Positions 1-19,279 of a DNA stretch of 64,000 bases are shown piece by piece. Location of the stretch: the NCBI RefSeq assembly GCF_048593235.1, contig NC_133621.1, positions 187,881,238 to 187,945,237 on the forward strand. The letters run 5' to 3'. This stretch comes from Sminthopsis crassicaudata (taxonomy: Eukaryota). Each line of letters starts with the position of its first letter. The first letter of the stretch is position 1. The notes below the pieces were generated by a model that searched no databases, had not been told where the DNA came from, and was given only the letters and a program-made list of their open reading frames with translations. A program made the translations under genes and the position numbers.

Positions 1-654
1 TGGGTTGGGTAGAAAGCATACTGAAAGCACCAAGACTGTTCTCATCAACTGTGTTGAACAACTTTTTGTGTTCCTTTGGAGAAATCACAGAATCTTACTA
101 TATGACTTACATTATTGTTAAGCGTTAGTGCAGGGCCACCTGAGCCTCTGTTAGGACTATTCTGTGTGCACTTCATCCTTAACATGGCACTACATAGATC
201 CTGAGAGGGTTTGGAAGACATATTTCCAGGGCATTAATGATCCTGATCCTTCAGGGCAGCAACCCATGGTTACAGAGTTGGAAAGGGAACCCAGGTATCC
301 AGATTTCAGTTTTCTATGCCTATAATGTGTGCATGGTTCACAGAAAGGATATTCTGGTAGTTCTTCCTCAGGCACCGATGCAGGAGTATTGGGCAGAGGG
401 CTCTCTAAGAGAATTTGGAGGAGGACAGTAGAAAGAAAAATTAGAATTTCTTAGTGACCCAGCTCTAGAGGATACTGGCTTTCTCTAGGGAGAAGTATTT
501 ATCTTTGCTTTGTCTCCTTTGCCCATCTTTTCCTCTCTTTACTCCTTTTTCTCTTTATCTCTGTCTTTCTGTGTGGTTTCTCTTCTTTCTTTGCATGTTT
601 CTGTCCGCAAATTCCGTTCAGTTTGTCTCTCTTTAACCAGCCTATTCTGTGTAG

Positions 655-3600
655 GCTCAGAACCAGCTGAAGAAAATAGAAGGGATTGGAATGCTACAAC
701 AACTTAGTACTTTGCATCTTCGGGACAACAAAATCAGTGACCTGGATGGCTTCTCTTCTAATATGAAGTTGCTGCAGTACCTTAATCTTCGGTAAGTTTG
801 CCTCCCTCCCACCTCTGACTTCTGCTCTCAGGATCTGGCCCAGATTTGGATTGTTCACTTTGATTCTTATTTAGACTCTCACTTTCATCCAAATTGATGA
901 TTCTTTTGTGTACCTCCCCTTCTCAATCCTAACCTTTTGGAGCTTCACTGTTTCCTTTCTCCAAATGTAATCTTATTGCTAAAAACCTCCCTGGTTTGGG
1001 ATTTTTAAAATCCTTCTCCAACTCTTAATTCCCATCCTCCAAACCTTCAACTTCCCCAGAGATAATCCTTTCTATGAGCTGCTAAGTGGCCCTTTGGATA
1101 AAGCCAGGAAGAACTTAGTTTAAATCTGGTGTCAGACACATATGTGTGACTGGGCAAATCACTTAACCTTTGCCTCAGTTTCCCTAATTTCAAAGTAGTG
1201 TTGTGGTAAGGATCAAATGAGTTAATATGTATAAAACACTGTCTAGTATCTAGCCTAGTACACATTTCATAAATCCTTCCTCCTTCCCTCTCTCCTGTCC
1301 TTCTTTCCTCCCTTCTTTTCTCTTCCTATCTTTTTTCCTTCTTTCCTTCCTTTCTCCCTCTTCTTTTCCTATTTTGGTACAGTGGTCACACCCTCATAAA
1401 CTAGAAAATAGATGGAACTAGTTGAAGGTAACCAATAGAACTCAAAATCCATTGGTGTGTTAGAGAGATGTCTAGGTGAAGACCTCCCCCTACCCCAGTA
1501 GAACGGGCAGATGAGAATAATTTGTTCCAATGAGGGGCAGCTAAGTGGTGCAGTGGATAGAGCACCAGCCTTGAATTCAGGAGGACCCGAGCTCAAATCT
1601 GGTCTCAGACACTTAACACTTCCTAGCTGTGCAAGTCACTTAACCCCACCCTCCAAAAAAAAAAAAAAATTTTTTTTTTTTGTTCCAATGACCATGAAGG
1701 CTGCTGAAGCATAATTTTTGTCCTCCATGGACTAAGAGAGAATGAGATGGGTAATTTCACTCAACCCTGCCTCACTTAAATCCAATTCATGAGTAAGTCA
1801 AGACATCATCCCATGATGTCATTGGTCCTCTTTGAAAATGAAGGACAAACAATGATATTGGTTTTATCCACCCTGCTGCCTTGTCTTCAGTGTCCCAGAT
1901 TTTTGGGTCATCTCCTGCCTCTTTCCTTGTTGATTTTCTTCTCTGCTTCCTTCAGATCTTACCTCTCTAGCCCTTTAACTTTCAAGGGGGTAATGCTAGT
2001 TGGGCTAAAAGAAACGAGATATCGTGTCCTAAAGAAGTGGGAATCAGTGTAGGCGAGTCAGACTGCATCTGTGCAGCAGGTTCAGCAAATCTTCAGGATG
2101 TCCAGCCACTGATCTGTCTTTGGAGGAACCACTGTTCAGTATCTGGAGAAGTACAGCTTCTCCCACTCACCACTTTTCCTTCTGGCCAGCCCACAAATGG
2201 CTTTTTACTCTCTCCCACAATTAACCAACAAGCCTTTATTAAATGCCTATTCCCAGTCAGGCATTGTGCTCTATACTGATGATACAAAGACAAAAATAAA
2301 AGAGTCCATCCTGCCCTTAAGGAGTTTACATTCTATCTGGAGAGACAACATGTGTGTATAAAAATATATCCAAAAAACCCCCAATAAAGTTAATTTTTAG
2401 AGAAAAGCATTAGCTGGAGAGGTGGGGGTAGGGATTAAGGGAAGTTTCATGTGGCATATGGCATTTGAGCTGAACTATGACTTCTGTGAAATACAGGAGG
2501 AAGTACATTCCAGGTCTCTACAAAGGAACTGAGACTATAGCTGATAGAATTGAGAGACAAGTTGAACAACAGACCAGTTTGGCTGAAGTAGTAGTGTTTG
2601 TTCATGAATGAAAAGGTTAGAAGGGTAAATTGGAATTGGGTGGAAAGGACTTTAAATATAAAAGCAAAAATAAAAATAGATAAAGAAAAGAAAATATATA
2701 AAAGAAAAATACATTTTTTATTTGATTCCAAAAGAAGCTTGTTATTGGAGTTTCTCAAGGAGGGGAATAACTTGATAGGAAAGTTACTCTCTGCAGAAGT
2801 AATATGACTGAAGACAAGGCATTTCTTTTAAACTCTTCCATAGAGGGAACTTAGTGGCAAATATGTCAGAGTTGATTAAACTGAAAGAGTTGCCTCAACT
2901 CCGGGCGCTGATCCTGTTGGAGAATCCATGCACAGATGAAACCGACTACAGACAAGAAGCCCTGATACATTTACCCCAGCTGGAACGGCTGGACAAGGAA
3001 TTCTTTGAGGAGGAGGAAAGGGCAGAGGCTGATGAAATTAGACACAGGTTAAAGGAAGAGCAAGAACAGGAACTGGATCAAGATCTGGATGCCTACGCAG
3101 ATAAGGAGGCAGATGTAAGGACAAGGCTGGGGCAAGAGTGGCTGGGAGCGTAGTAGAAGTAACTAAGAACTCTAGGGGAAGTGGCTCTTCAAAGAAGGGA
3201 GAGGAATAAAGTAAATGGGGCTGAAGAGGGTGGGTCCTTGGGAAGAATGGGGGAGGGGGGAGGAAGAGGAGAGGGTTTCAGGCAAAGAAACCCTTACAGG
3301 ACTTGACTGGGGTCTCAGAATGGGGGAATGAAGGTGGGGGAGGGCAGGAAACCCCAGTGGTTATATGAGGGACAAGTAAGAGCCTGGAGGGAGAGGGAGG
3401 TGGGAAGATTTCTGGGAAGCTTGTTTGAGGATGATGCCAAAAGAAAAGTAGAAAGCTGTGTGGTATTGGAACAAAGTGAGGGTGAGTTCTAGGAAGGGAC
3501 TAAGCATTTATGTAGCATGAACCAGGCACTATAATTGTAAAGGTGAGTGGTTTACAAATACCGTCTCACCTGATCCTCTCTCTTTTTTTTTTTTTTTTTT

Positions 3601-4602
3601 TTTTTTTCCCCCCTGAGGCTGGGGTTAAGTGACTTGCCCAGGGTCACACAGCTAGGAAGTGTTAAGTGTCTGAGACCAGATTTGAACTCGGGTCCTCCTG
3701 ACTTTAGGGCTGGTGCTCTATCCTAGTACTTAGGATACCTAGCTGCCTCTGTACCACCTAGCTGCCTCTCACCTGATTCTCTTAACAACCCTGCCAGGTA
3801 GATGCTAGTGTTATCCCCAATTTACATTTGGGGAAACTGAGGCAAACAGATGTACAATGACTTGCTCAAGGGTCACACAGGAAGTGATTGAGGTCACATT
3901 TGAACTCAGATCTTCTTGACTCCAGGCCCAGCTTTCTGTGCCCTGGCTCACCTCTCTTCAACCTCCACCTGCCCCTACATAAACATGGCATTTGCCATCT
4001 GAGCTTCTTGGCTCTGTTACTTGTGACTTTGGGCATGTTCCTTAACCTTTGTGTAGATCTGTTAATTGATTTATAAAATGAAAAGAGTTGGACTAGATAA
4101 TCTCTAATTCTATGATTTTGTTCTGATTCTTTGGGAGGTGGGAATGAAGAGCCAAGTGAATTTTGGGTGATTCTTACATGAATGTAGATTAACAGGCACT
4201 GAGTAAGTAAAAAAGAGAAGATGAGAGAAAGGATGTGAGATGGTGGGGAATAGAAAGGAACGCAGCTGGGCCTAGTGAAGAAGGCAGGCAGGAGAAGGAA
4301 AAAAAATAAGACTAACAATCTGAAACTAAAAATAACCATGAGAGAAGAGAGAGGGAGAAAGACATGGAAGGAAGGGGGAGGAGAGAAGAAAGAATAAGAG
4401 AAGAGGGATCAGTAGTAGAGGTTAGAGAAGAGAATGATAAATGAGAGGTGGAAAATATCTGAAGACACAGGAAGACAGAGGAAAGGCTGCAGATAGGGAT
4501 GAGAAGCAGGAAGAAGGGAAACAGGGACATAGCTGGGCCTACGAAGGAAAATCTTAACCTCTGTCCTCTTCCCCACAGGACATCGATGACAGTGTCTTCT
4601 GA
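655..4602 (+). CDS. LRRC23: Leucine-rich repeat-containing protein 23, last three coding exons (5' part lies outside the window)
   Basis: Exons 655-791 (AQNQLKKIEGIGMLQQLSTLHLRDNKISDLDGFSSNMKLLQYLNLR), 2844-3114 (GNLVANMSELIKLKELPQLRALILLENPCTDETDYRQEAL...DKEAD) and 4579-4602 (DIDDSVF*). GT-AG junctions are in phase. LRR and LRR-cap motifs match LRRC23 and synteny with ENO2 agrees. The last exon is less certain than the first two. Confidence 0.92.
1075..1245 (+). mobile_element. MIR-family SINE remnant; others at about 8705-8895, 23090-23210 and 60600-60860
   Basis: Core GGGCAAATCACTTAACCTTTGCCTCAGTTTCC...GGATCAAATGAG. Confidence 0.6.
1534..1678 (+). mobile_element. Young marsupial CORE-SINE (WSINE1-like) with TSD
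   Basis: tRNA-derived head GGGGCAGCT..GTGGATAGAGCACC, poly-A tail, 13-bp TSD TTTGTTCCAATGA (1521-1533 and 1679-1691), internal 10-nt deletion. Confidence 0.9.
2215..2800 (-). mobile_element. LINE-2 remnant; further L2 3' ends at about 24945-25050, 25360-26130, 35755-35930, 48750-48855, 58440-58560, 59030-59150 and 59360-59710
   Basis: CAACAAGCCTTTATTAAATGCCTA..GGCATTGTGCT..CCTGCCCTTAAGGAGTTTACATTCTA matches the reverse L2 3' consensus. Confidence 0.65.
3580..3766 (-). mobile_element. WSINE1-like SINE nested in an older MIR-type element (about 3500-3940)
   Basis: Reverse-complement consensus with poly-T; 16-bp TSD TCTCACCTGAT(C/T)CTCT (3564-3579 and 3767-3782). Flanks continue as MIR core sequence. 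Confidence 0.88.
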
Positions 4603-5010
4603 GGTGCTGGGGCGACACTGGTCCCCCCCATCACTTTTTTCTTTCTCTTGGAAAGCCCATGTCCTTAGTCCATCCTTGGAGGAAAAGGAGCCATTCATTC
4701 CTCCTCCCCTGGATCCCGGGAGTTGGAAGCACCTCCAGCTCAGCATTTGTGAAAGGAGTGACAAGGAAAGCAGAAAAAGGAAGGCAGGCAGACCTAAAGG
4801 GAATTCCTTTAAAATTATTTTTATTTTTATTTTTCTCAGCAAAAGTGGTGGGGATATGGAGGGATAAAACAGTCAGTATTTTAACAGGATCCAGACAAAC
4901 CTGAAGGGGGAAGGGACAGACCCAGGGGGCTTAAAACACTGAACCTTGCTAAGGTGATAGGAATGGGGGGGGAGGGCTTGGTGCACGGGGGCCGAATCGC
5001 TTCTTTTTCC

Positions 5011-5016
5011 AATAAA
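5011..5016 (+). terminator. LRRC23: LRRC23 polyadenylation signal AATAAA
   Basis: AATAAA about 410 nt after the stop codon, followed by a GU/U-rich downstream stretch (5030-5075). Confidence 0.7.
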
Positions 5017-5199
5017 GAAATTCTTGCGGCTGGTGTCTCTGTGACTTTTGTACGTCGTTGTCAGCTTGTAACCCCGAGTTTCTGGGGGCGTGGGTCAGTG
5101 TCTGCCTGGATGTCATCGTTCTACCTCCGAATCAGCCAGCCTCTTAGCCAGGTGTCAGCACCGCTTAAAATCTAGGTCCTCTGTGTGGGGCAGGTCGGG

Positions 5200-5520
5200 A
5201 CAGATGGACCACCCTGTCTGAGTCCCGTATTTACGGAGTGCGCGCGCGCGCCTCGGCAGCATCCCGGTCCTGCCTCCGACTCCCGACTCCCCCACCTGAG
5301 CCCGCTCCTACGTGCGGCTCAGCGGGCGCCTTCTGACTCATCGGGGCTCCGGGTCACATGCATCTTGCAGGCCCTATCGGGTCCGCTCTCTGCCGGCTGC
5401 CCGCCCGCCCGGGATCTGCAGCGGCCCACGCCCCGCTCCTGGCCACCGTTCCCTCCGCGCTGCCGCCCGCTCTGCCGCAGGAAGGTGAGACCCCGGCCCC
5501 CCTTGCGCCATCCCTCCTCG
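5200..5520 (+). promoter_or_regulatory. ENO2: ENO2 CpG-island promoter and non-coding exon 1 (donor GAAG|GTGAGA at 5484/5485)
   Basis: CpG-dense patch with (CG)5 at 5241-5250 and GC boxes, ending in a strong 5' splice site upstream of the first coding exon. The TSS position (about 5400) is approximate. Confidence 0.75.
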
Positions 5521-5853
5521 CCCCTTCATCCCGTCTGTCATCCATCCCCCCATCCTCTTCCCAGGTTGGCTCCGCGCACCTGCTCCATCATCATCCTCGC
5601 AAAGCCCAGCCCTTCCCCACCCACCCACCCAATATAGTCTCTCTGACCCCATGGAAATGTCTGCCTATTTCCTATCTGCTTGCTTGCTTCATCTGGGTTT
5701 CTATTGCTGTCTCTGAATGAAAATCTCTATACTTGTTTCATAACCTATGTCACAAATCTCTTACGTTTCTGCCTCTTTTTAACAACTCTAATTTTTATTG
5801 ATGTTACTATTTTTTTTTCTTTCCATCTTGACACAACCTCTTGGTTCTGCAGA

Positions 5854-6210
5854 GATGCCCCTTTCCAGCCTGTCACACTCCCTGATTCAACTTTCCTTTC
5901 CCCACTCCCCTCCCCAATTTTTCCCTTTTTTTGACTGCAGGGAATGTAATAGGTGGGGGTCCTATGAGCATTTTGGGGATGCCCCCTTCTAATCTGTCAC
6001 ACTCTCTAATTCAACTGCCCTCTCCCCATCTTCCCCCCTTTATTTAACTCTGCAGGTAATGTAATAAATGGTGTCCCATGAGCTTTTGGGGGATACCCCT
6101 TTCCAGTCAATCACGTTCCCTGATTTTCAACTTCCCTCTCCCCACTTCCCTCTTCCCATTTTTTTTTTTTTTTTTGACTGCAGGAAATGTAATAGGTGGG
6201 GATTCTATGA
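5854..6210 (+). repeat. Three-copy degenerate tandem repeat (units about 114-124 bp) in ENO2 intron 1
   Basis: Units start GAT(G/A)CCCC at 5854, 5978 and 6092; each has a pyrimidine tract followed by TGCAG G(G/T/A)AATGTAATA. Confidence 0.85.
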
Positions 6211-6814
6211 TCACAGTCAGCTTCTAGGGATGTGCAGCAGAGTACTGTCTTCTCTAACCTTGGCACTCTGCTCGCTTTTCAACTAGAGTACAGCCCCCAC
6301 TAATTTAGAATCTGATTTCCCAGATCTCCCATGTCCCTCCTGCCCCTCTCCCCTCATGCTCTGCTTTGAGGAGTAGGAGAAATTTGCTCCTGGGAAAAAG
6401 GGTGGGGGAACTTAAAATCTTAGTATATGAGTCACAGATGTTCAAACCAGGGGCTTTTAGCATCTTCTGGGGGAAATCATTTTTCTTAGCACACAGAGGA
6501 GATGCTGGCTTGGTGGCCACTCCCAATCTAGGTATACCTTAGAGAAATCCCAGCTGGCTGGTAAGTGTGCCATTGACAGGGAGAGAGGTCCACATTTCCC
6601 AGGGAATGCTTTTTCACCAAGCCTCTCTTCCTCCTAGGTGCAGGGTCTCAACTGCCAAAGGCTGGGCCCTTTTTTCTTTAAGTAATGACCTTCTTCTCTT
6701 CCACCTTTTCCAAGAGGCTATTTCTTCCTTTCCCCTCTCCTCACTGCAGCCAGATCTTTCCCCTCACTGCAGATCCCTTTCCCCTATAGTCATGTTCTCC
6801 CCACCATCACCACC

Positions 6815-6816
<2 letters not shown>

Positions 6817-6846
<30 letters not shown>
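6817..6846. repeat. (TG)15 microsatellite
   Basis: Read directly from the sequence. Confidence 0.95.
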
Positions 6847-6847
<1 letters not shown>

Positions 6848-7051
6848 TGCAGGACCTTCCTTCCTCCCCACTCCCCAGGTTAGGGGTATTTCCATTTCTT
6901 CCCTCTGCTCACTGCAGCCAGCTTTTTCCTCCCTTACTGCAGTGACCTCCTCCCAGTCTCTCCCTTTCCCTGCCCCTCCCACACTAGCCCCACCCCTTCA
7001 GCATCTAACTCCTCTCCTCCTCTTTTTCTCCAGTAGTACATCCAAGCCATC

Positions 7052-14775
<7,724 letters not shown>

Positions 14776-15657
14776 CCACTCTTCTCCTGTGCCTCCCTCC
14801 TCCTCCAACTCTGTGAACTGTGACCTCCCACTTCCCCAAGCTGTGCCCCGGACCCCCAAGCCCCTTGGAATGTGTCCTGATTCTCCCTGTCTTCCTGCCC
14901 TCCTTCTCCAGTCCCTTTCCCCTTCGCTTGGCCTTCTCTTTCAACTCCCTGAATAGACTTTTTCCTGGGGTCATACTGCTCTTAGCCCCCCCTGCCCCTT
15001 TCTCTTCTTACTTGCTCTCCTTTCTCAGAGTTGGAGGGGGGGGAATATAAATTGCAGAAGAGGGTCAGCCTCTGTCGGGCTCCGAGATGGGATCAGGGAC
15101 ATTATGTGAGATGCTTGCAGAGGGGCTGGGTAGCAATTACACATGCTCTCTGCTTGTGTGGGTATGTTTTGGTTCTATGTGCTAGCCATTTTGCGTATGT
15201 TCCATGAACTGAAGCGTTATGTGTGCATTCTATGTGTTGTGATTGCTGGATGTGTGTCGTGGGTGTCTGGCATGTTACTCATGTTGGCGTATGGGGCAGG
15301 ACCTAATTTGAAATTATTTATGTAATATTTATTTTATTTACATATTATTTCCTTGGGATCTGGGGACTGAGCATGTCTTTTTTGTCCATGTTTCATTCAG
15401 CTTTGTGCCATAGTGATCATGGGTAAGGAGGTATGGCAGGAATGGGAAGGGTAAAAGGAAATATCCTCTGCTTTACCTCCTTGTGTGGGGACCCCTCCCC
15501 CAGCTGAAGCTCCCTCCCTAGCCCTCAATCCTCAGCTTCTTCCCTAGACACCCCCATCTTTTCCCCAGCTTTAGCCGAGCCTTGCCTCTCCTTCCCCCCA
15601 TTGCCACCACCTACCCAAGTCAGCACCATCTCCATGCTCCCCACAATTACCACTGTC

Positions 15658-15663
15658 ATTAAA
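15658..15663 (+). terminator. ENO2: Probable ENO2 polyadenylation signal ATTAAA
   Basis: ATTAAA about 880 nt after the stop, followed by a GU-rich element (ctgtgtgtct). No AATAAA is seen in the 3' UTR. Confidence 0.6.
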
Positions 15664-18600
15664 GTCTGAATCACAGCCCTGTGTGTCTGAGAAGTCTGTA
15701 CCCCACTATCACACATGAAGGGAGTGGGCTGAGGATTGGGAAACTGAGACGAGATGAGAATCCCTGATTACAGTGGGGGGGAGACAAGTATGTGTGCCGG
15801 TGTGAATGCGTGTGAGGGGGGAAGGATGATCAGGATGGTCCAGAGGAGGTGGCAGAGCTGCACCTGAACCGCTTCTTCCTTCTCAATCATAACACCTACT
15901 TCAGAGACCCTGGCGGGCACTGCCCCCTCGCTGGGCTCCCATCCAAGTAAGACTACAGCTGGCCCGGGGAAAGTGTGGAGGACAGCGCGGGTCCCAGGGC
16001 CAGCTGGAGAACCCTGAGGGAGGGGAGTGGGGGTCTGTGTGAAAATCAGAATGTGGGGGAGGTGGGCCCAAGTCTGGGTCCCTTCACAGACCAGAGAGAT
16101 GGATTCCCGAGGACGATGGGAACATGTCCCTCGACCACTTCCAATTTTCCTTCCTGGATTCCTTGGGAATGCCCCGGACAAGGGGTCCCGGACTGAGAAA
16201 CCTTTTAGATCGAGGGCCCGGTTTAAGAGGGCGCCTCCCAAGCCACGGCTGGTCAGGTGACCACTAGAGGGAGACAGGCTTCACGAAACACCCGCTCTGG
16301 GGACCAAGGCCTGGAGGGCTCCAGGGAATTCTGAGCTATTGTATGGGCTACACTGGTCTCTCCCTTTCATCTCTGCTCTTCCTGCCCAAGATCGCCCCTT
16401 CCCTCACCTTCCTCTCAGCCTGCCGCAAAAAGAGGGGCTCTAGCTCCTGGTGGGCAGGCTCGGTTTTCCCTTCTTGGGTGCTCCCCCATGCTCGGACCGG
16501 GCTCACACCCACCCACGGCCCCTACGTGGGGGACTTCGCCCATTTTATCTTGTGCGTTTCTTAGTTTTCTGTCTCTTTGCTTCACATGCTTCTCCCGGCC
16601 CTGGTCTTAAGCGGCTGCCCCTTCCTGTGACTCATTCGCTCCTCCACATTTTATTTCTCTCTGTCCTGCCTGTCCCCCAGCCATTTCTTGGTTCTCCCCG
16701 TTTGCTCCTCCAGGACCGTCCCTCCAGAAGCTATCCCTTTTCCACAAGCCTTTCTGTTCCCTCTCCCTCCCAGGTATAAGGGAGGATTGGGTTACTAACT
16801 GCTCTGCCTGGGCCTCCCAGGCCCCTCTCTCAACTTTCCCTTTGTGTGGTTGCCTGGTGACCACTGGCTGCGGGTGGGGGTGGAGAAAAATGGTGTGAAG
16901 GATTGGGATGGGGGGCTTGTACAGCTAGTTACCACGTTTCTCTTCAAGCTCTAGGATCTTAGGTGGGTTTCTATCGTACCCCATCCCCGCCCAACACACC
17001 CACCCCCCAAAATGCCTTAGTTTCCCACCCTTATCCTGGAAATAGCCATCATCCTATCCTCCCCCTGCACCCTTCTGTGGTCAGTAGAGCAAACAGACTG
17101 CGGAGAGGGTTTGAAGCTGAGACTGGAAGTGGGATAGGAAAGACCCAGCCCAGTTTAGGCAGAAAAATGCATAATATGGTAGAGATGGGAGAAGTTGGGT
17201 ATATGTAATGGGAGGAGCCCTTCAATATGTAAGCTCTGTCCAAGGGCATAGGACTGAAGGGGAATAGGGGAGAGGAAATATGATCATATCCCAAAGGAGA
17301 GGAAGAAGAAAGAGGAAGAGGAAGATTTGAGAGAGAAAATGTGTGGGGGTGAGAGTATACAACTGACTTACTAGATTTTGGACCATTTCCTCAGCTGTAT
17401 GTGCATCCCAGCCGTTTGGAATGCTGCCTGGCATTTTTCGTCCCACTAGCACCATCATTCTTGCCCCCTAGACAAGCCAAGGGAAAGTGGAGAGAAGAGC
17501 CTGGGACAGGGGTCCGAGGGGGCATCCTCCTCACCCTAGCAGGGAGAGTTGATGGTCAGGAATTGACTTTTGGCCTCTGCCCGGGCCGGGTCCCACGGAT
17601 TTTTCTCTGCCTTCCCATGCCTAATCCAAGGAGGAGGAGTGAACTCCAAATCCAGAAACTCCAGGTCCAGCTCTTCTTACTTCCCAGCTACCTCCTCCAC
17701 CTCCTCCTCCTTCCCTCCACTTCCCTCTGGCCTTCTCAGTCTCTGCAGCCAAAAAATCACCCAGTGTTTCTAGGTCCTTTGTACTGGGAGATGGGACAGC
17801 TGGGTGTGGGATGGAGGAAAGAATCTGGAGGAGATGGTTGGGAGGGACTGATGGGGTGCTATAGGAGAGCCGGTCATGATGGGGACAGATCCGTTGGCCG
17901 GGTTGGGGGGAGGGGGACTGGGGCAAATAGACTGGCAGCAGGAGAAGGGAGACCAGAAAGGTTGGGTTTTGGAAGGGTTGAGTGTTGGAGGAATGAAAAG
18001 ATACTATTTCTAGGACTAGTAAAAAGGAGGGGTGGTGGTGTGAGGGGCAGAACAGTGACTGGAGATTGCTAGAGTCATTTCTGGGACGTGAAAGGTTTGA
18101 GAGTTTGGTTCAAAGTGATGTTTTATCAACTCCACTTTTCTTCCCCACCCCCACCCAGCTTCTGTCCTTTCTCTTGGCCTGAATGACCTTTGCTATGGAC
18201 AGGGTAAGGCAGGCCAGAGAAAAGGGAGAGGATAAAAGAGGGCAGTCATAGCTCAGGGGAGATCCATTTAGTGGCCCAGCCTCCCCTAAAATTTCTACCT
18301 TTTCCCCATCTACCTTACCTTTCCATTGAGTTTCACCATCTCCCTCCCCCAAACCTCACATTTTGCTTTTTTCTTGGCCTATTTTCCTGTTTCCTCCAAC
18401 TCCTTATTCTCATTTTCTTGCCTCTATTTTCCATCAATATTTTCCTATCATTTTTATACTTCCATCTTTACCTAGTGTCCTGTCTCCCCTAATAGACCCT
18501 CTAGCTCCCCACCATATTTCTATTATTCTTCCCTTCTCCATTTCCCCTAACATCTCCCTAGGATTGCCATCGGGCCCTATCTTTTCTTCATTTCCTTTCT

Positions 18601-19279
18601 GATCCCTTCATTCTTCCCATGCTACTCTATTTCTCCCAAACATTTTCCTGATACTCCCCAAAAGTATCCCATCCCTCTCCCACGTAGCTGTATCACCCTA
18701 AACTTCTCCATCTCCTCACCGTTCAAACTCAGTCTCTCATCTCTTCCTCACATATCCCCATCACCCCCAAACTCCTCCCACCCCCCAATTTCGCCCCCAC
18801 CCATCTCCAAACTCCTCCCACACTCCCCCATCTCACTCTTACACACCTCATCACCCACCGAACTCCTCTTATACTCTGTTCTCCCCCAACAAACCTCACC
18901 CCAAATTTCTCCTACAATCCCCCACTTCTCCCACATCTACTCCATCTCTGCCCTCCAAACTCCTCCCATGTCTCCCCTCCACTCCCACTTCTCCCTCACA
19001 TTCCATCACCCCTAAACTCCTTCCAGCTCCCCCCTGCCCGCCCCCTTTTCCTTTCTCTCCCCATCTCTCTCCTAGCCCACTGCCCTGCACCCCGCTTCTC
19101 GCTCTCGTCTCCCCCGCTCCCCCTTTCCCTGCCCCCTCTCTCCCTCCTCCTTGCCCCCTCTCTCTCCCTCTCTCTCCTCCTTCCCTCCTCTCTCCCTCCT
19201 TCTCCTTCTCTTCCTCCCTTCTCCCATCCCCCTCTCTCTTGCTCCCTCCCTTCCCCTCCTCGTCCCTTCGCCTCCCGCT

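Noticed and set aside
1534-1600. tRNA-like A/B boxes here and in the other SINE heads
   Set aside because: Part of tRNA-derived SINEs with tails and TSDs; no cloverleaf, so not tRNA genes.
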